A DNA stretch of 32,000 nucleotides. Origin: Candidatus Saccharimonadota bacterium (GTDB taxonomy: Bacteria > Patescibacteriota > Gracilibacteria > Absconditabacterales > Absconditicoccaceae). This document shows positions 10,105 to 20,375 of the stretch, in pieces (the first letter of the stretch is position 1; every line of letters begins with the position of its first letter). The notes below the pieces were generated by a model. It saw only the letters and a program-made list of their open reading frames with translations. It made no database searches and was not told the origin of the DNA. The translations under genes and the position numbers were made by a program. Where the stretch lies: the NCBI GenBank assembly GCA_000503875.1, contig CP006913.1, forward strand, positions 720,001 to 752,000. Reading direction: 5' to 3'.

Positions 10105-11304
10105 CTAAATAATAAATTTTCCATCTTGATAAATAATTTTTTCACTTCAATCTTCCAAATACGCAGTTACTGTCCTATCTGTCGTAGAAATAATATCAAT
10201 ATGTTCTGCGCTTTGATTAAATCAAAGTTCCTTTCTTTGTTCTGCAGATAAAGAACTTACATCTCCAGTATATGTTTCTTCATAAGCTCTACCAATTGCT
10301 ACATGAGTATTTCCAAACGGTCCTCACATATTTTCATCATACAACGTTTCTCCCATCGCTTTTGTAATACGAGAATGCCTACCATCAGTTAAGCTAAATT
10401 CTCCCAATGATTTTGTACCAGAAATTTCAAAAATTTCAGTAAGGAGATCTTTACCTTCTTGCGCATCAAATTCTATCACTTCACCTTTTTCAAATTTCAA
10501 TGAAATTCCAGTAATTTTTTGTCCATATCTATATAGTGGTTGATTAAATTTCATCCAACCCGATGTTTGTCTATAATCTGGAGAAGTGAAAATTTCAAAC
10601 GAAGGAATATTTCTACCGGATCCGCCAAGCCATTTCCTATCTGATCAAATACCTACCCAAAGATCAACATCTTGACCAACCATATGCACTTTTTGGATTT
10701 TTATAGTATTAAGTTTGGTAATAATAGTTTCTATTTCTTCATTAACTTTTTTCCAATGTTCTATAGGTTTTTCTTCATCCAAATAACAAGCATTAATAAT
10801 CTGTTTTCGATATTCTTCCAACGACATTCAAACTTCTTCTGCCATTGCTGGAGTTCCATATAATCCGAGAGTCCAGGTCATTTTTCCTTCTAATTCTTTT
10901 TGTGTACGTTTTTCGATATACGGTTTACGAGAAGAAACTCTAGCAGCCATTTTTTGTGGATCCACCCCTTTAAGTTCATATTTATCAGCTTCAGCAATAA
11001 CAGAAATTACATGTGTCATTTGCTGGACTTTGCCATGCAAAAAATGTTCTGGATAAAAAGTTATTTGTTCATCTGCTGCATGTTCATAAAAATGTCTACT
11101 CACTCCATCAGGATAATATTCAAAAATAGGATGAGCTCCTGCCTCCAAAATAGATTTCTGCAAAGGTAAATAAAATGGTTTTGCACATTCTGGAATCTGA
11201 ACAAAAACCACATCTCATTGTTTTACACCTTCCCCACCTCGCAATGCAAATTTCACCAATACATCAGCATATTTTTTTAACAATTCTGGACTTGGTTGAT
11301 ACAT
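10105..11304 (-). CDS. Aminopeptidase, M29 (AmpS/PepS/aminopeptidase T) family, 399 aa
   Basis: Fragments 10324-10554, 10645-10827 and 10828-11211 join in one frame via UGA. MYQPSPELLKKYADVLVKFALRGGEGVKQGD..., ...LYDENMGGPFGNTHVAIGRAY... TAG stop at 10105-10107. Confidence 0.85.
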
Positions 11305-11384
11305 AATAAATCAATAATAAACAATATAAAAAGTAAATTCTGATTTCTTTTCTGTTGTATAATTTTGCTTTCAAGTTACAATTG

Positions 11385-11412
11385 AAAATAAAAAAAGCTC
11401 GGAATTCCGAGC
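11385..11412 (-). terminator. Rho-independent terminator of the small lipoprotein gene
   Basis: Palindrome gctcgg-aatt-ccgagc (11397-11412), followed on the minus strand by a T-run (plus-strand A-run 11390-11396). Confidence 0.7.
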
Positions 11413-11413
11413 G

Positions 11414-11647
11414 TTAATAACGATAAATACCACTATAACTATTACTAGCTTTTCGTGCTGTTCTTTGCTGTAAACTTTGAAAATAAACATATCTACGATA
11501 GATATCCATTTTATAATAATTTATCGTGTAAACTGGTCCTTTAGGTCTAACACCATTACACGATGGATGATTCATAGATATTTTTTTTGTTCCAGAACAC
11601 GAACAAAGAAAAAAAACACTCAATAAAATAACAATAATTTTTTTCAT
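11414..11647 (-). CDS. Small putative lipoprotein (77 aa), basic and Tyr-rich
   Basis: MKKIIVILLSVFFLCSCSG: signal peptide with a lipobox-like L-C-S-C. The gene is bracketed by terminators. No UGA codons. Confidence 0.5.
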   Translation of the reverse strand: MKKIIVILLSVFFLCSCSGTKKISMNHPSCNGVRPKGPVYTINYYKMDIYRRYVYFQSLQQRTARKASNSYSGIYRY

Positions 11648-11708
11648 TTTTTTTAGGTTTTATTAGCTGCAGGAAAGATATATAGAAATTTTCTTTTAAA
11701 AATCAATT

Positions 11709-11737
11709 AAAAAAAAGCCAGACTTTTACCTCTGGCC
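11709..11737 (-). terminator. Rho-independent terminator of the RuBisCO gene
   Basis: gccaga-cttttacc-tctggc hairpin (11717-11736) with a minus-strand T-run (plus-strand A-run 11709-11716). Confidence 0.65.
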
Positions 11738-11763
11738 TTTATGTATATATCATAAATTAAGAA

Positions 11764-13224
11764 TTAATTAGATTCTCTTCTTTCCGCATGTCTAACGTCT
11801 TTGTTTTCTTTTTTGGTAAAAAATTCAATAGCTTCAGCCAATTCTACATGATCTTTTGCATATTCAGCAATATTAATACCTTGTTTATATGCTTCACATG
11901 ATTGTACCAAAGCCGTTGCTCCAGCCTTCGTACCTCTTGGATGAGCATGACAACCCGCTCCCATAGTCGTAATAAAGTCTACATCTCCCATCACATCAAT
12001 AAACGGTTTCAAAAGTGTTGGATTGAGTCCTCCAGAGATAATTGGGCAACATTTTTTGAGATTTCTCCAAGTATCATCTTCTTTGGTAAGATGTTGATGA
12101 TGATCTTCTTGTACTTTTTGAAGCCAATCAACATCATTTTCTGGAATGGTTCCCCATGATTGTTGAAAGATATGTCCTGGGGCGTCTAGCCCGAATATAC
12201 TATGTGCTGCAGTTACGTCTTCTTCTGGAGTTCCAGCCATTTTACCCACACCAGCTGTCCCCGTATGAATACCTGACGCCCCAGCTAGTCTAGCAAACTT
12301 AGACAACACTAAGACCGTATATCCGATAGGATTTTCTGGTCTTGTAAATGCTCCATGACCTGCTCTATGGAAATGAATAAATACATCAGGATATTTTCTT
12401 CTAAGGGTTTGAACTGCCATCCATCCTGCAGTTGTTCCATCAATCAAAAACGCATATGATCATTTTTCCATGCCTGAATTAACGATCAGTTCACATCTTT
12501 TGATCATAGTATCATAATCAGACGCTGACACGTTAAAGGAATGTACTTTTTTCTTTCCTGTTTCTTTCACTGCCTTATCCATAGCTTCTTTGATATGAGC
12601 TACCATTTTATCATAAGGACAGAAATCTTGATCTGCCTGTGGTTCATCATTTTTTACAAAATCTCCTCCACCTACTCGGAAATCATAGGCAACTTCAGCA
12701 TATTCAGCAGAAGTAAGTCCCATTTTTGGTTTTACAATAGTTCCAAGAATCGGTCTATCATATACATTCAAGTAAGCTCTCATATCATCCAAGGTATAAC
12801 TAGGTCCATCATATTGTTCAAGCATTGCAGCGGGAAATCGAACATCTAATAATTTAAACGCAGCGACTTCTTTCATTCCAAAAACATTTCCTGCAATATA
12901 GGTCAAAATATTTTGTACATTACCTCCTCTATCAAACAATCTCCATGGATAAGCAATCCAAACGAGGTTTTTTTCTAAATCAATTTTATACACCAAAGCA
13001 TTTAGCATTTTGGAATATGCTGTTTCTGTTTGTACAAGGAAATTTGTTCCTGTACTTGATTCTGCAGCTGCTTCACATGCCGCTTGCAAAATATTTAATT
13101 TTCCCCCAGGAATCAAATGGAAAGCAGCCAACATATAATCACCATTTCTCGGATCTTTAAGATCCATATTGATATATGCCGCCTGATGGGGATTTAAACT
13201 TGCAATAAGTTCTTGTAAATTCAT
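11764..13224 (-). CDS. rbcL: Ribulose-1,5-bisphosphate carboxylase large-subunit homologue, form II/III-like (486 aa)
   Basis: Fragments 11764-12447 and 12460-13224 are joined by UGA 12460-12462. Catalytic motifs are intact: GTIVKPKMGL, GGDFVKNDEPQ (carbamylated Lys plus Asp/Glu), HFHRAGHGA, GIHTGT, ISGGLNP, GAGCHAHP. Confidence 0.9.
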
Positions 13225-13370
13225 TTTTGTTTTTATATTAGAGATTAAAAAGTACTCAACAAAAGTATATACAAAAAATAGTTTTTTACAATTTTTTCAC
13301 CAATTTCTCCTTGATAAAAAGTTGACATACACTACAAATCTGATGTTTTAATAATATTAATATATATTTC

Positions 13371-14027
13371 ATGCTACAAGCAATCATTTTCGACATGGAT
13401 GGCGTTCTCGTAATCTGAACAGGATACGTTTGGAAATCATTTTCTATAGTTCTCAACAAATACGGAATAGATATTAGCCAATCAGACAGAAAAAAATATT
13501 TAGGAAAGTCTCTTGCAGATCAGATTAAAATGTGGAAAGAGGAATACAATATTCAACAAGATATTATTCTTGAAGATTTTGCCAAAGAAGCACTAACCTA
13601 TCAATTAGAATTTATGAAAAATGAATTACATCCAGACAAAGATGTCCAAAAACTTATAGCCGAAGCCAAAGAAAAAGGAATAAAGATTGCTGTAGGAACA
13701 TCTAGCCACAAAGAAAGAGCTATTACTATGTTAAAACTTGTGGGAGTTTTTGATAAAATTGATGCTCTGGCTACTTTTGAAGATGTTGAAAATGCAAAAC
13801 CAGCGCCAGATATTTTTCTCAAAGCAGCAGAATTAATGAACATACAACCAGAAAATTGTCTTGTCATCGAAGATGCACTCAATGGAATCGAAGCCGCAAG
13901 AGCAGCGCATATGAAAGTTATAGGAAAAGTATGACCACATCATACAAAAGAAGAACTTGAAATAGCCGATTTTGTTTTTGAAAATTTCGATGAAATAACA
14001 TTACAAAACATAGAAAATTTATTCTAA
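13371..14027 (+). CDS. HAD-superfamily hydrolase, subfamily IA (beta-phosphoglucomutase/phosphatase-like, 218 aa)
   Basis: AIIFDMDGVLV (DxDG), IAVGTSS, KPAPDIFLKAAE, LVIEDALNGIEAARAAHM. Two UGAs are read through; TAA at 14025-14027. Confidence 0.8.
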
Positions 14028-14067
14028 ATAATCCCCCCTTTAAAAAACTCTTGCCTTTACAAAACAT

Positions 14068-14083
14068 ATCAATACATATTGAT
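14068..14083. promoter_or_regulatory. Candidate ArsR-family operator (7-2-7 inverted repeat)
   Basis: atcaata-ca-tattgat, 33 nt upstream of the ArsR-family start codon. Confidence 0.3.
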
Positions 14084-14115
14084 GCGTTGATTTTTTATAT
14101 TAACAGAAACAACAA

Positions 14116-14406
14116 ATGAAATGTACACAAAAGTCAGATTTAGAATCTATTTCAAACATATTAACAATAGTCTCACAGCCTAATAGATTACAAATCATCT
14201 GTCTCCTTAACAAAGGAGAACTGTGTGTATGCAAAATCACCGATGCCCTAGATCTGAAACAAAACCTCATTTCTCACCACCTCAATCTTCTCAAAAATAT
14301 TTGACTTCTCAATACCAGAAGAGAAGGGAAAAATATCTTCTATTCATTAGACAAAGCCACCTATAAAATATTTCAAAAAAATATCAAAAATATCTTTAGT
14401 TTATAA
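14116..14406 (+). CDS. ArsR/SmtB-family transcriptional regulator (96 aa)
   Basis: NRLQIICLL..GELCVCKITDAL.LKQNLISHHLNLLKNI-G(UGA)-LLNTRREGKNIFYSL: the wHTH signature of the family. Confidence 0.85.
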
Positions 14407-14414
14407 TATTCAGG

Positions 14415-15659
14415 ATGAAAAAAATTAGCATTCGTACAATTTCACAAATTATTATTGTTGGAATTGTTCTCTTCCTTGCTTTCACTCATCAGCAATATGG
14501 GATAGAACAAGCATCTCCTATCCACGCCTATTGCCCATTTTGAGCTTTAGAATGAGCTTTGACCTATATCTTTAGCGGAGAATTTCTCACTAAGACATAT
14601 CGAAGCAATTATATTTTATTGGCCATATTTGTTCTACTAACTATCTTTTTTGGAAGAGTTTTCTGTGGATTTTTCTGTCCACTTGGAGCTATTAGTGAAC
14701 GATTAAGAGCTCTTTGAAAAAAACTAGGAATCAAAAAAGATGTCGAACTTCCAGATACATTAGATAAATATATGAGATATGTGAAATATCTGGTTTTATT
14801 GATCATAATTTATTTTTCATTTAGATATACTGCTTTGGTTTTTGATGCTTATGATCCTTTTTCAGCATTTGCTCATCTAGGAAACGAATTTGATGAACTT
14901 ATTTTTGCTTATTCAGTACTAGGATTTGTAGTTATTACTGCTCTCTTTAGCAAAGGACGACGATGTAGATATTTTTGTCCCCTCGGAGCATTCTTTGCAT
15001 TGGTTAAAAAATTAGGTTTTTTCAAACTCAAGAGAGATAATAACACCTGTATATCCTGTGGTATTTGTAGAAAATCATGTCCAGCAAATCTAAAAATCAA
15101 AACAGCTGATCAAATAACTCATCCGGATTGTATTAGTTGTATGGAATGCGTAAATGATTGTCCAAAAAATAGTTTAGACGTCTATATTTTGGGTAAGAAA
15201 ATTAAAAAACAGACATTTCTATGGGTAGTAACTTGAATATTCTTTATAACGCTCAGTATCGTTATTTGGACTCCTCTTTGGAAAACAAAACCAGTATCAA
15301 ATATTATAAGCGATCAGTGAATAATAAAAGTAGAAAATATAAGATGAAGTAATACGTTACAATATGTAATTGATACCACGAAAGTACCTCTAACGTATTT
15401 CCAAGAGAAATTACAACTTCCTGTAGATATTGACACAACAATGAAGCTTAAAGAAATAGGAACCACCTATGATATCAAAAATCTAAGTTGAGAAATAATA
15501 GAAACAGAAGATTTTAGAATAGCCATAGATCAATATGAAGAAAAAAAAGATAACCAAGAAGTAACGTGTCCATTTTGAGAAGTAAATTGTGAATTTCCAG
15601 GTGAATGTGGTGCCTATACAGACCAAGATAAAAATCAGATTTGTGATTATTCAGAATAG
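14415..15659 (+). CDS. Integral-membrane 4Fe-4S polyferredoxin-like protein (NapH/MauN-like, 414 aa) with a Cys-rich C-terminal tail
   Basis: CPFGALEG, GRVFCGFFCPLGA, RCRYFCPLGAF, CISCGICRKSCP, CISCMECVNDCP. After a last TM there is a soluble domain ending [30 protein letters not shown]. Confidence 0.75.
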
Positions 15660-15688
15660 TTTTATATAATAATATCAGAAACAAAATT

Positions 15689-16039
15689 ATGGACGTATTT
15701 AAAATTTTTTCTCAAGATGCATGCGATATTCGTGGTAAGCAAGCAAAAGATAAACGAACACGAACAGAATATTTTGAAAATAGAAAAGCATTAGAAGCTA
15801 ATGGAATCAAAGTTATTTTAGTAGATATGATCAACCATCCTATAGAAGATGCCATTGCTATTTCCAACGAATTATTTTTCGAAGAACAACATCCAGAAGG
15901 AACTGTTTTCGCTTTATATTGCCACTCTGGAGGATCTTCTGGCTATGTACAAATGCAACTCAAACCGATGTTACCACAATACAATATCATCAATATCGAT
16001 GGTGGAATCAATATGTATAACGTACAAAAATTTAGATAA
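15689..16039 (+). CDS. Rhodanese-like domain protein (116 aa)
   Basis: The active-site-like loop ALYCHSGGSSGY and the size fit a single-domain rhodanese. The N-terminal part is divergent. No UGA codons. Confidence 0.55.
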   Translation: MDVFKIFSQDACDIRGKQAKDKRTRTEYFENRKALEANGIKVILVDMINHPIEDAIAISNELFFEEQHPEGTVFALYCHSGGSSGYVQMQLKPMLPQYNIINIDGGINMYNVQKFR

Positions 16040-16052
16040 TAAACAAAAAACT

Positions 16053-16289
16053 ATGATTATTAAAATCCTTGGAACAGGATGTCCAAAATGCAAATTATTA
16101 GAACAATCTACAAGAGATGCTGTAAGCGAACTCGGATTAAAAATAGAGATCATCAAAGTAAATCAAATAGAAGATATTCTGCAATACGACATTATGGCGT
16201 TGCCAGGAATTGTCATAGATGAAATCGTCGTTAGTTCAGGAAAAGTTCTCAATAAAGAAGAAATCAAAGAACTTTTATCAAATAAATAA
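16053..16289 (+). CDS. Thioredoxin-fold 'redox-active disulfide protein 2'-like protein (78 aa)
   Basis: MIIKILGTGCPKCKLLE...ALPGIVIDEIVVSSGKV: CPxC motif and typical length. Confidence 0.8.
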   Translation: MIIKILGTGCPKCKLLEQSTRDAVSELGLKIEIIKVNQIEDILQYDIMALPGIVIDEIVVSSGKVLNKEEIKELLSNK

Positions 16290-16294
16290 TTTTA

Positions 16295-17263
16295 ATGTTC
16301 AATCGACTTCAATCAATCACTGATCGAATTATTTATGACGTAGCACTTTTAAGTCCTGCTTCTCATCGAAGCCAAGCACTCAATTTTTTCATATATGACG
16401 GGATTAAAATACTCTTATTATTGATCGTCATCACCACTTTAATGACGTTATTGAACTCATATCTTCCTATAGAAAAGATTAAAAATTTTTTACACAAAAA
16501 TAAATTATTTTGATTAGAATACTTTTTCGCATCGTTATTTGGTGCAATCACTCCTTTTTGTACATGTTCTTCTATTCCTTTATTTGTTGGATTTCTCAAA
16601 GCAGGAATTCCTCTAGGAGTTACTTTTTCATTTCTTATTACTTCCCCTCTCGTAAACGAAGTAGCAATAGCAATGTTTCTAGGAATTTTCGGAATAAAAG
16701 TTACAGCAATCTATATGGGAACAGGAATGCTTTTGGGAATCATAGGAGGATGGATACTCGGAAAGTTATGATTAGAAAAATATTTAGCTGATTTTATTCA
16801 AGCAAAAAGAGCTAATCAGGAAACCAATATAAATAAAACACATATTCCATTTAATCAAAGAATTAAAGAAGTATTCAACGAAGCGAGTAATATTACAATA
16901 AAAATTATTCCCTATGTTTTGCTCTGAGTAGCCGTTGGTGGAGCAATACATGGATTCGTACCAACATGATTTTTTGAGCAATATATCACCAAATCTAATC
17001 CATTCGCAGTGCCATTAGCCGTAATATTCTGAGTTCCTATGTATGCAAATGCAACCAGTGTCATCCCTATTGTTCAAGCACTCATCGCAAAATGAATTCC
17101 GCTGGGAACAGGTTTGGCCTTTATGATGGCAGTTGTCGGATTATCCCTCCCAGAATTTCTCATTCTCAAAAAAATCATGAAAATGAGATTGCTGCTTACC
17201 TTTTTTTGAGTAGTTGCATTATCAATAATTATCGCTTGATATATATTTAACTGGATATTATAA
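16295..17263 (+). CDS. Permease of the DUF318/COG0701 (ArsP-like) family, 322 aa
   Basis: GAITPFCTCSSIPLFVGFLKAGIPLGVTFSFLITSPLVNE, followed by a second half with PMYANATSVIPIVQALIAKGIPLGTGLAFMMA. About 9 UGAs are read through. Confidence 0.8.
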
Positions 17264-17285
17264 CGCAAACTCATATACAAAAACT

Positions 17286-17666
17286 ATGACAACCATTTCT
17301 CATTACTCCTCTATCAACGACCTCTTATCTAAACTCTCACCAGAGCATCGTTTTCTTGTTGAGAAAGCGAGAACATTACTCCTGAAATATGGAGCAAAAG
17401 AGACGTTAAAATCCATTCATATCTGCTACAAGTTTCCCAACAATATGCGATTTTACCTCAATAGTTACAAAAAGAAATTTCCTATTCTTTCCTGTAATTG
17501 TTACCGTATATTTGATGAATATCCTATGCTTCAACACCTCTTTGATGCTCAAGCAAAATACATCACCAAAATTTTTCTCAGAAACGAAGACGTTTTCCAA
17601 CAAAAAGCCATTGAACAACTCATCAAACTCACCAGCGAATCAAAACCAACAAAAAATTCTCTGTAA
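17286..17666 (+). CDS. Hypothetical protein (possibly DUF1801/YdhG-like, 126 aa)
   Basis: Intact ORF with no UGA. The family resemblance is weak (LSPEHRFLVEKARTLLLKYGAKE...). Confidence 0.4.
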   Translation: MTTISHYSSINDLLSKLSPEHRFLVEKARTLLLKYGAKETLKSIHICYKFPNNMRFYLNSYKKKFPILSCNCYRIFDEYPMLQHLFDAQAKYITKIFLRNEDVFQQKAIEQLIKLTSESKPTKNSL

Positions 17667-17710
17667 CTTTTTTCTTCACTTCTCGTATCATAAATGTATA
17701 TATTAAACTA

Positions 17711-17740
17711 ACCAAAGAATCTGTGCCTAATTGCTTTGGT
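17711..17740 (+). promoter_or_regulatory. Conserved hairpin motif (copy 1) upstream of the ECF sigma gene
   Basis: accaaag-aatctgtgcctaattg-ctttggt. It is near-identical in loop and core to 22457-22486, with compensatory stem changes. Confidence 0.4.
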
Positions 17741-17828
17741 ATTGTTTAATTATACTATAAACTTTAGATGTTTAAATTCTAAAGTAATAAAGTATAACAT
17801 CGACGTTTATACTCTTACGCGTAAATGA

Positions 17829-18398
17829 ATGCCGGTTTCAGACAATGATCTTGTAAAGTCTATCCAACAAGGAAAGACTGATAATTTTGTACAGCTTTAC
17901 GAAAAATATGTTAAAAAGATTTTTGACTTTATTTTTTTCAAAGTTGGAAATAAACAAGATGCGGAAGATCTAACATCTGATACCTTTCTCAAAGCATTCG
18001 ACAAAATAAAAACATTCGACAACAAAAAAAATATTCAATTTTCATCCCGGTTATACAGCATTGCGAGAAATACCACTATCGACTTCTTCCGCCAGAATCA
18101 CACTGATTATCCGGAATATACATGGTTAGAAGAACAGTCCGTAGAAATAGATATGCTCCAAGGAATCCAAGACCGCGACAAATTAAACCAGATTTTACAA
18201 TTTTTAGACACCTTAGGCAACGAAAAAAAAGAAATTTTCCTCCTCAGAGTTTGGAATGAAATGTCCTATGATGAAATCGCTCATATCATAGGAAAAACAC
18301 CAAACACCTGCAAAGTAACCTTTCATAGAACACTTCAAACTGTCCTCCAAAAATACGGATATGTATGATTATTCATTCTACTACTTAGTATAAAATAG
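17829..18398 (+). CDS. ECF-type sigma-70 family RNA polymerase sigma factor (189 aa)
   Basis: Region 2: DAEDLTSDTFLKAFDKIKTF...RLYSIARNTTIDFFRQ. Region 4: EIFLLRVWNEMSYDEIAHIIGKTPNTCKVTFHRTLQ. The ORF reads through TGA 18366-18368 to TAG 18396-18398. Confidence 0.85.
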
Positions 18399-18425
18399 AT
18401 TCTTATTTACCAATAATTCTTTAAA

Positions 18426-19472
18426 ATGGCTTCTCATGTAATTGTTCAAGAAATCATCAACGATATTATCGCCATAGATCCAGATCTCAAAAACATCAAA
18501 TCTGAACTTGAAAAACTAGTACAGGAACTTATCGCGAACAAACCACAAACACCATTCACCAAAGAATTCAAAGAATCACTTAAAGCCCAAATTATCTGAG
18601 CTATCAATGAGCAGAAAATTTTATACGAAGAAAAAAAACGAGATCGAAATGAAATGTTTCATTCACTCAAATTTTGGATGGTTGGGGTTTCTACAGTTAC
18701 CGCATGATTATTGATATTTACTCTTTTTTATTATTTAGAAGATATCCAACAACCAGCTACACAAGTAACCTATATAGGAGAAACTAAAGAAAAGGAAACA
18801 ACTCCACTACAAGATGAAATACGCGAAATACAACCAACAATAAGATCACTATCAATGGACGAAGAAACCCCAACTGATACTCAAGGTGGTGGTGCTTCAA
18901 ACAGTGCTGATAATGTGATGATGTTGGCAATACCAGAAGCAAATGAAGAACCAGCAACAGACAATACTTCTTTAGTAAGAAGTTCCGAAGAATACGAAAT
19001 GATGGCAAAATTTATAAGCGCACCAGTTGAAGAAGCAACAAATGCCGACATGGCGATAGCCGAAATCACGACAGACGAAACATCTGCCACCAAAGCCCCC
19101 TCGCCAACTTTCTGCGAAACCAGCAAACAATTTCTTATCGCCAACAATATATCTGAAAACACTACCAAAACGATCACCTATGAGAATCAAATATATAAAA
19201 CAACCACAGATTTTACAAACAATATGATAATGATCGACCATATTGGAACCCAAGATGATAGCAAAATAGAAACAGAATTACCAAATCTGAATTTATTTTT
19301 CAAAAACAATAATTTTAATGTAGAGTCTGAATATTCTTCACCTATTATAGAAGAAACAGATACGTATTTTGAATATTATTATCCTAGACACAATAACCAA
19401 GAAGGAATAACCGTTCGTATCAATAAAATCAACAATATTATTTTCTCTGTTCAGAATATTTGTATCTATTAA
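18426..19472 (+). CDS. Single-pass membrane protein, putative anti-sigma factor (348 aa)
   Basis: It lies immediately downstream of the ECF sigma gene. About 80-aa cytoplasmic N-terminus, a TM (FWMVGVSTVTAGLLIFTLFYY), then an acidic/Thr-rich extracytoplasmic part. No zf-HC2 motif was seen. Confidence 0.4.
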
Positions 19473-19539
19473 ATTTTCTGCTTGAATTTTCCTAGCAATT
19501 TCATATCTATAGTAAACGCTTTATTCGTAACAGAATTTC

Positions 19540-20043
19540 ATGAGCAAAGTACAAAGAACTTTGGTTGTTCTCAAACCAGATACTATTGGACGTTCTATTT
19601 CTGGCGAGATTATTTCTCGTTTCGAAAGAGCAGGACTTCACATTGCAGGAATTAAAATGGTTAAACCAGACAAAGAATTTTTGTATCATCATTATGAAAC
19701 TATTGGACAGATGATTTCTCGTCGCGGACAAAAACCATTTGATATGGTAATAAGTTTGATGACAAAGTTGCCTGTAATAGCAATTGTTCTTGAAGGTGTT
19801 GCTGCTGTAGAATATGTTCGTAAATTAGTAGGTGCTACAGAACCAAAAGCTGCTGCTCCAGGAACTATCAGATGAGATTATGCACATATGTCATTTGGTT
19901 ATGCTGATGCTGCAAATGTAGGAGTACCAAACCTTGTACACGCATCAGGAAATGAAGAAGAAGCTGAAAAAGAAATCAAACATCGATTCAATGAAGAAGA
20001 AATATTTGTTTACAATCCATTAAATCACGCATTCACTCGTTAA
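19540..20043 (+). CDS. ndk: Nucleoside diphosphate kinase (167 aa)
   Basis: ERTLVVLKPD-type start (QRTLVVLKPD), GTIR-G(UGA 19873-19875)-DYA, NLVHASG (active-site His). Confidence 0.9.
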
Positions 20044-20129
20044 TACACTTCTTATATAAAATCGTAGTTTCCAACCTGTGGTTATCCACTTGTCTACGCA
20101 ACAACATTTATACTTTATAATACCTACCA

Positions 20130-20354
20130 ATGAAAGACGGAATTCACCCAAAATACTTCAAAGACGTTGAAGTAAACTGTATCTGTGGAGCATCATTTAC
20201 TATAAATGCTACTGTTCCAGGACCAATCAAATTAGAATCTTGCCATAAATGTCATCCTGCATACAATAAAAATCAAGTTATCAAAAAGGTAGCTAAGGGA
20301 AGAATGGAAAAATTCTTAGAAAAACAAAAAAAGATCGATACTATGCAAAAATAA
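20130..20354 (+). CDS. rpmE: 50S ribosomal protein L31
   Basis: MKDGIHPKY...CICGASF...CHKCHPAYN...GRMEKF. No UGA codons. Confidence 0.9.
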   Translation: MKDGIHPKYFKDVEVNCICGASFTINATVPGPIKLESCHKCHPAYNKNQVIKKVAKGRMEKFLEKQKKIDTMQK

Positions 20355-20375
20355 CAAATTTATTAGCATATTTTG

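Noticed and set aside
12541-13160. Plus-strand ORFs of 71-102 aa.
   Set aside because: They are antisense to the strongly supported RuBisCO gene.
18784-19253. Three overlapping minus-strand ORFs (74-98 aa).
   Set aside because: They are antisense to the putative anti-sigma gene and low-complexity, with no independent support.
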